Part shown: positions 12,401 to 22,096 of the stretch, in pieces
Numbering within the stretch: the first letter of the stretch is position 1
Layout: each line of letters opens with the position of its first letter
NCBI RefSeq assembly: GCF_006345805.1
Contig: NW_021836357.1
Location: 1 to 22,669 of the forward strand
Length of the DNA: 22,669 nucleotides
Direction of reading: 5' to 3'
Origin: Octopus sinensis
Taxonomy: Eukaryota
Translations under genes and position numbers: made by a program
The notes under the pieces: model-generated
What the model was told of the DNA's origin: nothing
Seen by the model: only the letters and a program-made list of their open reading frames with translations
The model's database searches: none

Positions 12401-14362
12401 AAATAGCAGCCAAATCTCTCTCAAATCACACCTTACTGTCTTATCTATGCATATGTGTATGTATGAGCCAATGAGGGAGACCTGCACATGGTTGTTAGAC
12501 CTGGTAGAAATAGCAGCCAAATCTCTCTCAAATCACACCCTACTGTCTTATCTATGCATATGTGTATGTATGAGCCAATGAGGGAGACCTCCACATGGTT
12601 GTTAGACCTGGTAGAAATAGCAGCCAAATCTCTCTCAAATCACACCTTACTGTCTTATCTATGCATATGTGTGTGTATGAGCCAATGAGGGAGACCTGCA
12701 CATGGTTGTTAGACCTGGTAGAAATAGCAGCCAAATCTCCCTCTAATCACACCTTACTGTCTTATCTATGCATATGTGTATGTATGAGCCAATGAGGGAG
12801 ACCTGCACATGGTTGTTAGACCTGGTAGAAATAGCAGCCAAATCTCTCTCAAATCACACCTTACTGTCTTATCTATGCATATGTGTATGTATGAGCCAAT
12901 GAGGGAGACCTGCACATGGTTGTTAGACCTGGTAGAAATAGCAGCCAAATCTCCCTCAAATCACACCTACTGTCTTATCTATGCATATGTGTATGTATGA
13001 GCCAATGAGGGAGACCTCCACATGGTTGTTAGACCTGGTAGAAATAGCAGCAAAATCTCTCTCAAATCACACCCTACTCTCTTATCTATGCATATGTGTA
13101 TGTATGAGCCAATGAGGGAGACCTGCACATGGTTGTTAGACCTGGTAGAAATAGCAGCCAAATCTCTCTCAATCACACCTTACTGTCTTATCTATGCATA
13201 TGTGTGTGTATGAGCCAATGAGGGAGACCTCACATGGTTGTTAGACCTGGTAGAAATAGCAGCCAATCTCTCTCAAATCACACCTTACTCTCTTATCTAT
13301 GCATATGTGTATGTATGAGCCAATGAGGGAGACCTCACATGGTTGTTAGACCTGGTAGAAATAGCAGCCAAATCTCTCTCAAATCACACCTACTGTCTTA
13401 TCTATGCATATGTGTATGTATGAGCCAATGAGGGAGACCTGCACATGGTTGTTAGACCTGGTAAAATAGCAGCCAAATCTCTCTCAAATCACACCTACTG
13501 TCTTATCTATGCATATGTGTGTGTATGAGCCAATGAGGGAGACCTCCACATGGTTGTTAGGACCTGGTAGAAATAGCAGCCAAATCTCTCTCAAATCACA
13601 CCTTACTGTCTTATCTATGCATATGTGTATGTATGAGCCAATGAGGGAGACCTGCACATGGTTGTTAGACCTGGTAGAAATAGCAGCCAAATCTCTCTCA
13701 ATCACACCTTACTGTCTTATCTATGCATATGTGTATGTATGAGCCAATGAGGGGACCTCCACATGGTTGTTAGACCGTGGTAGAAATAGCACCAAATCTC
13801 TCTCAAATCACACCTTACTCTCTTATCTATGCATATGTGTATGTATGAGCCAATGAGGGAGACCTGCACATGGTTGTTAGACCTGGTAGAAATAGCAGCC
13901 AAATCTCTCTCAATCACACCTTACCTCTCTTATCTATGCATATGTGTATGTATGAGCCATGAGGGAGACCTCCACATGGTTGTTAGACCTGGTAGAAATA
14001 GCAGCCAAATCTCTCTCAAATCACACCTTACTGTCTTATCTATGCATATGTGTATGTATGAGCCAATGAGGGAGACCTCCACATGGTTGTTAGACCTGGT
14101 AGAAATAGCAGCCAAATCTCTCTCAAATCACACCTTACTCTCTTATCTATGCATATGTGTATGTATGAGCCAATGAGGGAGACCTCCACATGGTTGTTAG
14201 ACCTGGTAGAAATAGCAGCCAAATCTCTCTCAAATCACACCTTACTGTCTTATCTATGCATATGTGTATGTATGAGCCAATGAGGGAGACCGCTACGTGG
14301 TTGTTAGACTGCTAGAAAGTACAGTCAAATCCCCCTCTAATCACTCCCTATAATGTCTATCT
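3419..14362. repeat. 107-bp tandem satellite/minisatellite array, ~101-102 units plus a diverged terminal unit
   Basis: Consensus unit: agacctggtagaaatagcagccaaatctctctcaaatcacaccctactgtcttatctatgcatatgtgtatgtatgagccaatgagggagacctgcacatggttgtt. Identical ORFs recur every 107 bp (e.g. 5431, 5538, 5645, 5752). It is homogeneous to ~14291 and degenerate over 14292-14362. Confidence 0.99.
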
Positions 14363-14371
14363 ACATAGACA

Positions 14372-15320
14372 GTCTCGCAGAAAATACAGAACCCCAGCGA
14401 TGTTGCACACCTGCAACAGGAGTTGGACTCAATTTACAGATGGGTTGAAGATAATAATATGCAGTTTAATGCTGGAAAATTCCAAGCCCAGCGCCCAACA
14501 CTGAAGATAATACTTACAGGGTACATTGACCAACAGGGGATTATAATCTCAGAGCCTAAATCAGTGCGGGACCTGGGTACGAACATGAGTGATGACACCT
14601 TTTTCCAAGTGCACATTACCAGGGTGGCGACAAAGTGCAGACGACTGGCTGCATAGATCCTGAGAACCTTCAGAACCAGTGAGAAAGAAATCATGATGGT
14701 CCTCTGGAGGATATTCGTCCTTAGCCGCCTGGATTACTGCTCCCAGCTATGGTCAGCGCACATTATAAATTAACTGCGGACCTTGAAGCAATCCAGTGAA
14801 GATTTACAAAGAAGATCGTCTCGTTGCAACAGCTCAGCTACTGAGAATGGTTGAAGCAGCTAAGACTCTACTCCCTGGAGCGAAGGCAGGAGAGGTATGC
14901 AGTAATATGCATCTGGAAGATCCTGGAAGGAATTGTGCCAAATTTTGGCATTGAAAGCTACACAAATGCCAGAACGGGTCGACACTGCACAGTGCCAAAG
15001 ATCCCAGCAATGCCATCGTGTTTCAGGATCAGTTACTGCAACGGGCTGGGTTTCAGGGGTTCACAGCTTTTTAATATTCTCCCAAAGAACCTGAGGGACC
15101 TACACAAAGTGGATGTAGGTGTTTTCAAACCAAAACTGGATCTCTTCTTGTCTAGAGTCCCAGGCGAACATACCTCGCGACAGGAGGTGCAAATGAGGGT
15201 AGCCACATCAAACTCCCTAATTCACCGAATGCTACACATCAGAGAAGGATCTCAATATAATCAGGGTAGCAAATCTTTGGTGCCCCAGCTTGGCCACAGC
15301 TTTGAGCTGAAACTAATAAA
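14372..15320 (+). pseudogene. 5'-truncated, decayed CR1/L2-group LINE (end of RT, C-terminal domain, 3' tail)
   Basis: Reads VSQKIQNPSDVAHLQQELDSIYRWVEDNNMQFNAGKFQ...VRDLG...LAA*ILRTF...SRLDYCSQLWS, then after a frameshift DLEAIQ*RFTKKI...LSY*EWLKQLRLYSLERRQERY...WKILEG...KLDLFLSRVP. It starts just downstream of where YADD would lie. There are at least three premature stops. The tail is at 15279-15320. The clade is assigned from recalled motifs. Confidence 0.9.
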
Positions 15321-15416
15321 ATATATACACACACGCACGCACATACACACACATACACACAACACACAGGCACTCACACACACATATAAATATATACATA
15401 TATATATTCATATACA

Positions 15417-15594
15417 GGAGTGGCTGTGTGGTAAGTAGCTTCCTTACCAACCACATGGTTTCAGGATCAGTCCCACTGCGTGGCACCTTGGGCAAGTGTC
15501 TTCTGCTATAGCCTCGGGCCGACCAAAGCCTTGTGAGTGGATTGGCAGACGGAAACTGAAAGAAGCCCATCGTATATATATACATATATATATA

Positions 15595-15659
<65 letters not shown>

Positions 15660-15895
15660 TAGTGTGTGTGTGTGTGTTGTCTCCTCACCAGCACTTGACG
15701 ACTGATGTTGGTGTGTTTACGCCCCCATAATGTAGCGGTTCGACAAAACAGACCGACAGAATAAGTATACTAGGCTTACAAAGAATAAGTTTCCTGGGAT
15801 CGATCTGTTCGACTAAAATGGCTGTGCTCCAGCATGGCCGCAGTCAAAAATGCCTGAAACAAGTAAAAAAAGAAAGAATAAAAGAATAAAAGAAG
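15417..15895 (+). mobile_element. full-length tRNA-derived SINE (family A, CORE-like) with an internal (AT)n/(GT)n tract
   Basis: A-box-like tggctgtgtggt (15421-15432), degenerate B-box tcaggatcagtccc (15461-15474) and CORE-like caccttgggcaagtgtctt. Internal microsatellite at ~15572-15676. The 3' tail gtgctccagcatggccgcagtc...ctgaaac is followed by (aaaagaat)-like repeats. Confidence 0.85.
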
Positions 15896-15959
15896 ATAAG
15901 CAACATCACTGGTACTTAGAGAAGGGAGTAGGATGAGGTGCTAAATATCTTTAGTACTT

Positions 15960-16055
15960 AAAGAGAGAGAGAGGGAGGGAGAAGGAAATAGAGAGAGGGG
16001 AGGGAAATAGAAAGCGAGTGAAGGTGGGAGAGGGAAAGCAGAGAGAGAGAGAAGA
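15960..16055. repeat. GA-rich polypurine tract
   Basis: Direct reading of the sequence. Confidence 0.85.
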
Positions 16056-16414
16056 GTTGAAAATCAGACATCATTTTAAACTTGATACTTGGTGCTAAAA
16101 TTTGCCAGATGCACTTGGATACGTCAGAGAAGTTTAAAGAAAGTTATAACCTCCACCCACTCACTTTCCCTGCTATCCCAAAACTCGTTATTCCTTACTT
16201 ATTTGCTTCCTTACAATAATATCCGTTCATTCGCTTTCCTTTTGCAACCCCGCCACCAACCGCATCCCCCACCATCTAACCTCGTCCTCGACTCTGTAGC
16301 CCTTATCTTCTTCCATTTCTTACGTCTCTCTCTCTCTCTCTCCCCCTCCTTTTTAATCTTCCCGAACCTTAAATTTTCGTTTTTCCTCCGTTTTCTTCAT
16401 TGCTTCCCTCTTTC

Positions 16415-16535
16415 GCTCGTTCGTTCGTTCGTTCGTTCGTTCCTTCCTTCGTTCCTTCCTTCCTTCCTTACCACCAACAACAACACCAATACCACCACCT
16501 TCACAACTACCGCTACCACCACCACCACCACCAGT
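16415..16535. repeat. (TTCG)n/(TTCC)n then (ACC/AAC)n simple repeats
   Basis: Direct reading of the sequence. Confidence 0.88.
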
Positions 16536-16644
16536 ATATCCATTTCTCTCTCTCTTCTTAACTGTGCCATATGCATATGTGTGTGTATATAAATAAATAT
16601 ACATGTAGATGTGTGTGTGTGTGTTTATATATATATATATATAT

Positions 16645-16646
<2 letters not shown>

Positions 16647-16715
<69 letters not shown>

Positions 16716-16737
16716 TAGATAGATAGATAGATAGATG

Positions 16738-16824
<87 letters not shown>
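16647..16824. repeat. (GATA)n microsatellite
   Basis: Nearly pure tetranucleotide run preceded by (GT)n and (AT)n. Confidence 0.97.
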
Positions 16825-16949
16825 TCGAGAAGATTCGGCTCGGGATTGTATTTACTGCCGACTGAAACTGCGCTTGCGCGCTGAATTTTGAGAATTTATA
16901 ACATATAATGATGGGACACGTGTTATCTTGTCTCTGAATTATAAGTTAG

Positions 16950-17037
16950 TTATTGAGGCCGGTTACTGATGAGAATTCGCCTGGCAGATAATCTTATTTG
17001 CTAAAGAAATTCGAAACCATGGTATAACTGTTAATAA
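16950..17037 (+). ncRNA. type I hammerhead ribozyme (canonical core)
   Basis: Stem I cggtta/taactg (16960-16965/17025-17030), extended by ttattga/ttaataa after a 3-nt bulge. CTGATGA at 16966-16972. Stem II gaatt/aattc (16973-16977/17008-17012) encloses a further hairpin ggcagata-atct-tatttgct. GAAA at 17013-17016. Palindromic stem III ACCATGGT. GUA triplet at 17022-17024. Confidence 0.85.
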
Positions 17038-17488
17038 AAAATAACAAGGCAAATGTTTTTATTCTTCATTTACTTCGAAAATTGCTATTAAATCGTGGTT
17101 TTGGCCGTGTTGGCTGCTATTTCTAGCACGTAAGAATTACCTGTTAAAGGGTAGTTTTCTTTTTTGTTTAAATGTACACTATTTTAAAATATGAATATGT
17201 TGTCTATTGACTATTTATACATGCTAGGCCACTGGTGGTGATATTTATAACAAATATTCGCTACCCTATCTTATGAATATATATATATATGAGAAAGGTT
17301 GAGTTTAATTAGAAGAGGTTTACTTTGGATGTGTTCCAAAGATAGATTTCTAATAAAGATTCTTCATATTAAATTTGTAGCTTACTATTGTAAGTATTTT
17401 ATTAAAAATATGAAAATGTTACAAGTCTAAGGTATGTTATGAGTATTTATAGAGCACGTTTCCTATATATAAACTCAACAAATAATTA

Positions 17489-18121
17489 AAGATGGAGAAT
17501 GCGTTTTAGTTTGGTGATGGTAGGGTCGGGACAAGGCACGACGGTCAGGCGGTAGTAGATGACGGACGCGATGTACCTGTTCGCCACCACCACCCGACCT
17601 TTTAGGGACAGTTTCTTCTCGGCCCATTGCCGGGCGACAGTGACCACCCTACTCGTTATCTCGTTCCAGTTCTTCTCCATTTGGAGGTCCAGACCAAACC
17701 AGACCCCGAGCAACTCGACCGGTCTGTCGGTCCAGCGTCCCACGACGGAGGCACTGGTGGACGGCATAGGCTTGCTTCTCCAGGTGCCGAGTCGCAAGCC
17801 CACTAACTTTTTCGGGTTGATTTTCGCTCCTGTTACCGCTTCGTAGACTTTCAGTGTCTCGCCGACACGCTCGATATGCTCGTGGCTAGACACTATGACG
17901 GTGACGTCGTCCGCGTATGCAGACACGCTCGTCCCGCATCCCAATTCTCGCGGGATGCCCCTCAGAGTTTCAAGCTTCCGCAGTAGCGGCTCGAGAGTCA
18001 ATACGTAGAGAAGCGACGAGAGGAGGCATCCCTGACGGACCGAACGTGCTATGTCGAAAGGTCTCGATAGATGTCCATTTACGCGATTTACCGAACGGAT
18101 ACCTCTGTACAAAGCGGCTAT
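17489..18121 (-). mobile_element. L1/Tx1-clade LINE reverse transcriptase, internal fragment (211 open codons)
   Basis: IAALYRGIRSVNRVNGHLSRPFDIARSVRQGCLLSSLLYVLTLEPL...SAYADDVTV...GAKINPKK...LLGVWFG...LSLKGRVVVAN. YADD is at 17906-17917. RQGCPLS-like, KIN..K and LS..GR motifs are typical of L1/Tx1. The N-terminal part of the listed 399-aa ORF is just the GATA repeat. Confidence 0.92.
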
Positions 18122-18197
18122 AGGTAGACAGATAGGTAGATAGATAAATAGATACATATATATATATATATAGAGAGAGATAGATAGATAGATAGAT

Positions 18198-18254
<57 letters not shown>

Positions 18255-18345
18255 GATAGATAGATAGATATAGATAGATATAGATAGATAGACAGATAGA
18301 TAGATAGATAGATAGATAGAGATAGATAGATAGATATAGATAGAT

Positions 18346-18422
<77 letters not shown>

Positions 18423-18431
18423 TAGATAGAT

Positions 18432-18478
<47 letters not shown>

Positions 18479-18479
18479 T

Positions 18480-18519
<40 letters not shown>

Positions 18520-18553
18520 ATAGATAGAGATAGATAGATAGATATAGATAGAT

Positions 18554-18586
<33 letters not shown>

Positions 18587-18607
18587 GATAGATAGATATA
18601 GATAGAT

Positions 18608-18657
<50 letters not shown>

Positions 18658-18670
18658 GGATCGATCGATA
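18122..18670. repeat. compound (GATA)n microsatellite with GA/TA slips
   Basis: Direct reading of the sequence. Confidence 0.97.
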
Positions 18671-18869
18671 GCGAAAGAGAGACACATATGTTCCTTTCCG
18701 TGTATAAAAACAATTTTATTGTTCAAACAAACGGCCCTACTCGAGACCCATCTGCTCGGTTTTTCGATGTTAATCAAACCACTCCAGCGCCCCCGCCCCT
18801 AGCCCCATGTGTCGTTACCACGCAACCCGGGGTAGAATGTAGATAATTAGCCCAACACCACCCGAAGAA

Positions 18870-19025
18870 ACGATAGCGAGAGGTGAGGGAAGAGAGAAAG
18901 AGAGAGAGAGGAGGAGGGGAAATGAGGAAAGGAGAACAACAGGGTAGACGGGTGGAAGAGGGGGGTGCGGGAGGGTGGGGGCTCGGTGTTTGTGTATGTG
19001 TGTGTGTGTGTGTGTGTGTTGTGCA
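18870..19025. repeat. GA-rich tract followed by (GT)n
   Basis: Direct reading of the sequence. Confidence 0.8.
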
Positions 19026-19184
19026 GGGAGGGCGGCGGGTGGGAAGCTGGGTGTGTCTGTTAATTATTATGATCTGATGAACGTATAACTTCTTTTTTTT
19101 TCTGTTGGGGTTTTTTGTTTCATAAAAAAGAGGAGAAACGAGAAAAACCAACGGGAACAATAACTGCATTAATACCCCCCCCCC

Positions 19185-19509
19185 AACACCACCACCACCA
19201 CCACCACCACTGTCGCCGACACCACTACCACTACTACTACCACCACCACCGCCACTACTACTACTATTACTACTATTACTACTACTACTACTACTACCAC
19301 TACCACTACCACCACTACCACTACCACCACTACCACCACCACCACCACCATTACCACCACCACCGTCGCCGACACCACTACTACTACTACTACCACCACC
19401 AGCGCCACTACTACTACCACCACCACCACAACAACCACCACTACAACTACCACTAATACTACCACCAACACCCCATGCCGCCGCCACTACTACTACTACC
19501 GTCGTCACC

Positions 19510-19551
<42 letters not shown>

Positions 19552-19800
19552 GCTACCAAAACTATACAGAAAATGCAGCTGCTGCTACCCCGATTACTAC
19601 TACTACCACTGCTATTGCTGCTACTACTACTGTTACTGTTAGTACTACTACCACACCCGGTACCACCATCACCGCCTCCACCACCATCTTTTCCTCTCCA
19701 CTACTACCTAAACCACCACCACGATCACTAAGAGCAACAGCAACAACGGCAATAGTAGTAGTAGTAGCATCAGCAGCGCAGCAGCAGCAGCAGCAGCAGC
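19185..19800. repeat. compound trinucleotide repeats (ACC, ACT, GCT, AGT, CAG)
   Basis: Direct reading. The plus-strand Thr-rich frame is not continuous across ~19560. Confidence 0.92.
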
Positions 19801-20049
19801 AGGGGTTAGTTAATTTTGTACGGGTCCTCCTCAACTTGTGTGAAATAGGGGCCACTTCGCCCTCAAATCCCACAACATGTTTTGGGACGCAGTAATGAAG
19901 TACTGGAGAGATTGCAGATAGACAAAAACGCAGGCGAGGTGGTCATCGCTGGAATGTCTTTCATCATAGGTCTGCTGGGTGAGAGCTGACCTGAGGCTGT
20001 CAATCATTATCATCATCATCAGCACCATCCTCATCGTCGTAGTCATCGT

Positions 20050-20198
20050 GTCTGTGTTTGTCACGCATCACTGCTTGAGAACCGATGTTGGTGTGCTTAT
20101 GTCTCTATAACATAGCGGTTCGCAAAAGAGATCGATAGAATAAGGTCCAGACTTTAGGCAAAAAAAAAGCAAGTACTCTGGTTGATTTGTACGACTTA
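20050..20198 (+). mobile_element. SINE family A, 3'-half fragment
   Basis: ccgatgttggtgt...tagcggttcg..aaa..gat.gatagaataag aligns with 15695-15815. Confidence 0.75.
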
Positions 20199-20229
20199 TG
20201 TGTGTATGTGTGTGAGCCTGTGTATATAT

Positions 20230-20929
20230 GTATTTCTTTATTGCCCACAAGGGGCTAAACATAGAGGGAACAAACAAGGACAGACAAACGGATTAAGTCG
20301 ATTACATCGACTCCAGTGCGTAACTGGTACTTAATTGATCGATGGGGCAGCGAGCTGGCAGAACCGTTAGAACGCCGGGCGAAATGCTTAGCAGTATTTC
20401 GTCTGCCATTACGTTCTGAGTTCAAATTCCGCCGAGGTCGACTTTGCCTTTCATCCGTTCGAGGTCGATAAATTAAGTACCAGTTACGCACTGAGGTCGA
20501 TATAATCGACTTAATACCTATGTCTGTCCTTGTTTGTCCCCTCTGTGTTTAGCCCCTTCTGGGTAATAAAGAAATAGGTATTTCGTCTGTTGTTACGTTC
20601 TGAGTTCAAATTCCGCCGAGGTCGACTTTGCCTTTCATCCTTTCGAGGTCGATAAATTAAGTACCAGTTACGCACTGGGGTCGAGGTAATCGACTTAATC
20701 CGTTTCTCTGTCCTTGTTTGTCCTCTCTGTGTTTAGCCCCTTGTGGGTAGTAAAGAAATAGGTATTTCGTCTGTTGTTACGTTCTGAGTTCAAATTCCGC
20801 CGAGGTCGACTTTGCCTTTCATCCTTTCAGGGTCGATAAATTAAGTACCAATTACGCACTGGGGTCAATATAATCGACTTAAATGATCGATCCCGAAAGG
20901 ATGAAAGGCAAAGTCAACCACGGCGGAAT
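20230..20929 (-). mobile_element. older SINE family B copy split in two (20230-20343 and 20884-20929)
   Basis: Joining the two pieces across the duplicated tgatcgat gives a contiguous reverse complement of the family unit (cctttcatcctttcgggatcgatcaattaagtac). Confidence 0.85.
20344..20883 (+). mobile_element. SINE family B: tRNA-like head plus ~2.7 tandem 184-bp units, flanked by an 8-bp TSD
   Basis: gtatttcgtctg recurs at 20394, 20578 and 20762 (period 184). The B-box gagttcaaattcc is in each unit. TGATCGAT occurs at 20336-20343 and 20884-20891. Confidence 0.9.
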
Positions 20930-21289
20930 ATTTGCATGTGTTTAAACCCCCTTTTCAGACTGGGCATCCAGACATTACGTCCTTTCATATTTCGGTAATT
21001 ATCGCCTGTCTGTTCTCCCATAGTATACAGGGTAATCAGAACGTGACCGACTAACCGCGAATCAACCAGCTGTGACATCATCACTGACGAAATGAAGTGT
21101 ATCGCAAACCACCTGCCCTCCCACCTTCCGACACACGCCACCAGATGGTGGGCGCACTTATTGTGACAGAAGGGTTTCGTGTCACACCGACCCCCACCGT
21201 ACGGTTTGTTGAAAGCGGTCGCGTCATATTTCTGTGGTTGACGTGCCCGTCTTTCAAATACGGAGTTACACACGCACACACACACACAA

Positions 21290-21295
21290 GCACGC

Positions 21296-21326
<31 letters not shown>

Positions 21327-21372
21327 CGTATATATATACATATATTTATTTATGTATATACATATATATAAT

Positions 21373-21404
<32 letters not shown>

Positions 21405-21542
21405 CATATACTTATACACATAAATATATATACATATATATCTACTTGTATATATACATATAGATATATGTATATATATAAGTAGATATATATGTATATA
21501 TATTTATGTGTATAAGTATATGTATATATATATGTGTATAAG

Positions 21543-21582
<40 letters not shown>

Positions 21583-21638
21583 GTATATAGATAGAATATA
21601 CATATATATGCATATAATGTATATATACATATATATTT

Positions 21639-21722
<84 letters not shown>

Positions 21723-21725
21723 AAA
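21290..21725. repeat. (ATGT)n/(AT)n microsatellite tract
   Basis: Direct reading of the sequence. Confidence 0.95.
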
Positions 21726-21933
21726 CCACAAAGAGTAGTACAACAAGGCGTCAATATTTACTGGAAATAGCAGTCGATACAAATACGGCGCTAATGTAAA
21801 GCTTCACTGCGTATATACTGGCAAAGACTTGTGTGAGCAACAAACATGAAAAAATTGTCTTACCTCTAGGAAGAACATTCGATATATGCATATATATATA
21901 TATATATGAATATATACATATATATATATATAC

Positions 21934-22096
21934 GCGAGAAAGAAGCAACAAGAATGGATAGGTTTTTAGTACAATCGTTTCATACAAGGACAGGCTTTAT
22001 TAAAAGTTGTAAAAGTTTTACAACTTTTAATAAAGCCTGTCCTGTATGAAAACGATCGTACTAAAAACCTATCCATTCTTGTTGCTTCTTTCTCGC
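21934..22096. repeat. near-perfect palindrome, 81-bp arms around one central base (fold-back/MITE-like)
   Basis: 21934-22014 versus the reverse complement of 22016-22096 differ by one substitution and two 1-nt indels. TATA lies just outside each arm. Confidence 0.96.

Noticed and set aside
13000-14290. Excess single-base indels in units near the array's right end
   Set aside because: Most fall in homopolymer or dinucleotide runs and cannot be told apart from long-read consensus error without the reads.
3419-14291. Dozens of 60-66 aa ORFs on both strands
   Set aside because: They are translations of the 107-bp unit. The period is not a multiple of three, frames end in stops, indels are tolerated and there is no recognisable domain.
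3419-14291. CRISPR-like array
   Set aside because: There are no unique spacers and no cas genes, and the context is eukaryotic.
3419-14291. Ribozyme within the satellite unit
   Set aside because: Neither strand has CUGANGA. aatagcagcc loosely recalls a twister segment, but the other conserved twister elements are missing. HDV-like folds were not assessable by eye.
17486-18685. 399-aa ORF as an intact gene
   Set aside because: The first ~188 codons are the GATA microsatellite. Only the internal RT fragment is meaningful.
19074-19080. Isolated CTGATGA (also CTGACGA at ~21084 and minus-strand CTGATGA at ~20014-20020)
   Set aside because: No GAAA or stems follow at a suitable distance.
18774-19895. 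Mucin-like Thr-rich, Gly/Ser-rich or polyQ exon
   Set aside because: These are compound trinucleotide repeats that stay open in several frames. The Thr frame shifts near 19560 and there is no domain or clear splice support.
20914-21423. ORFs in the unique segment as genes or RT remnants
   Set aside because: Only vague resemblance to RT motifs. The ORFs run into microsatellites and no family is recognisable.
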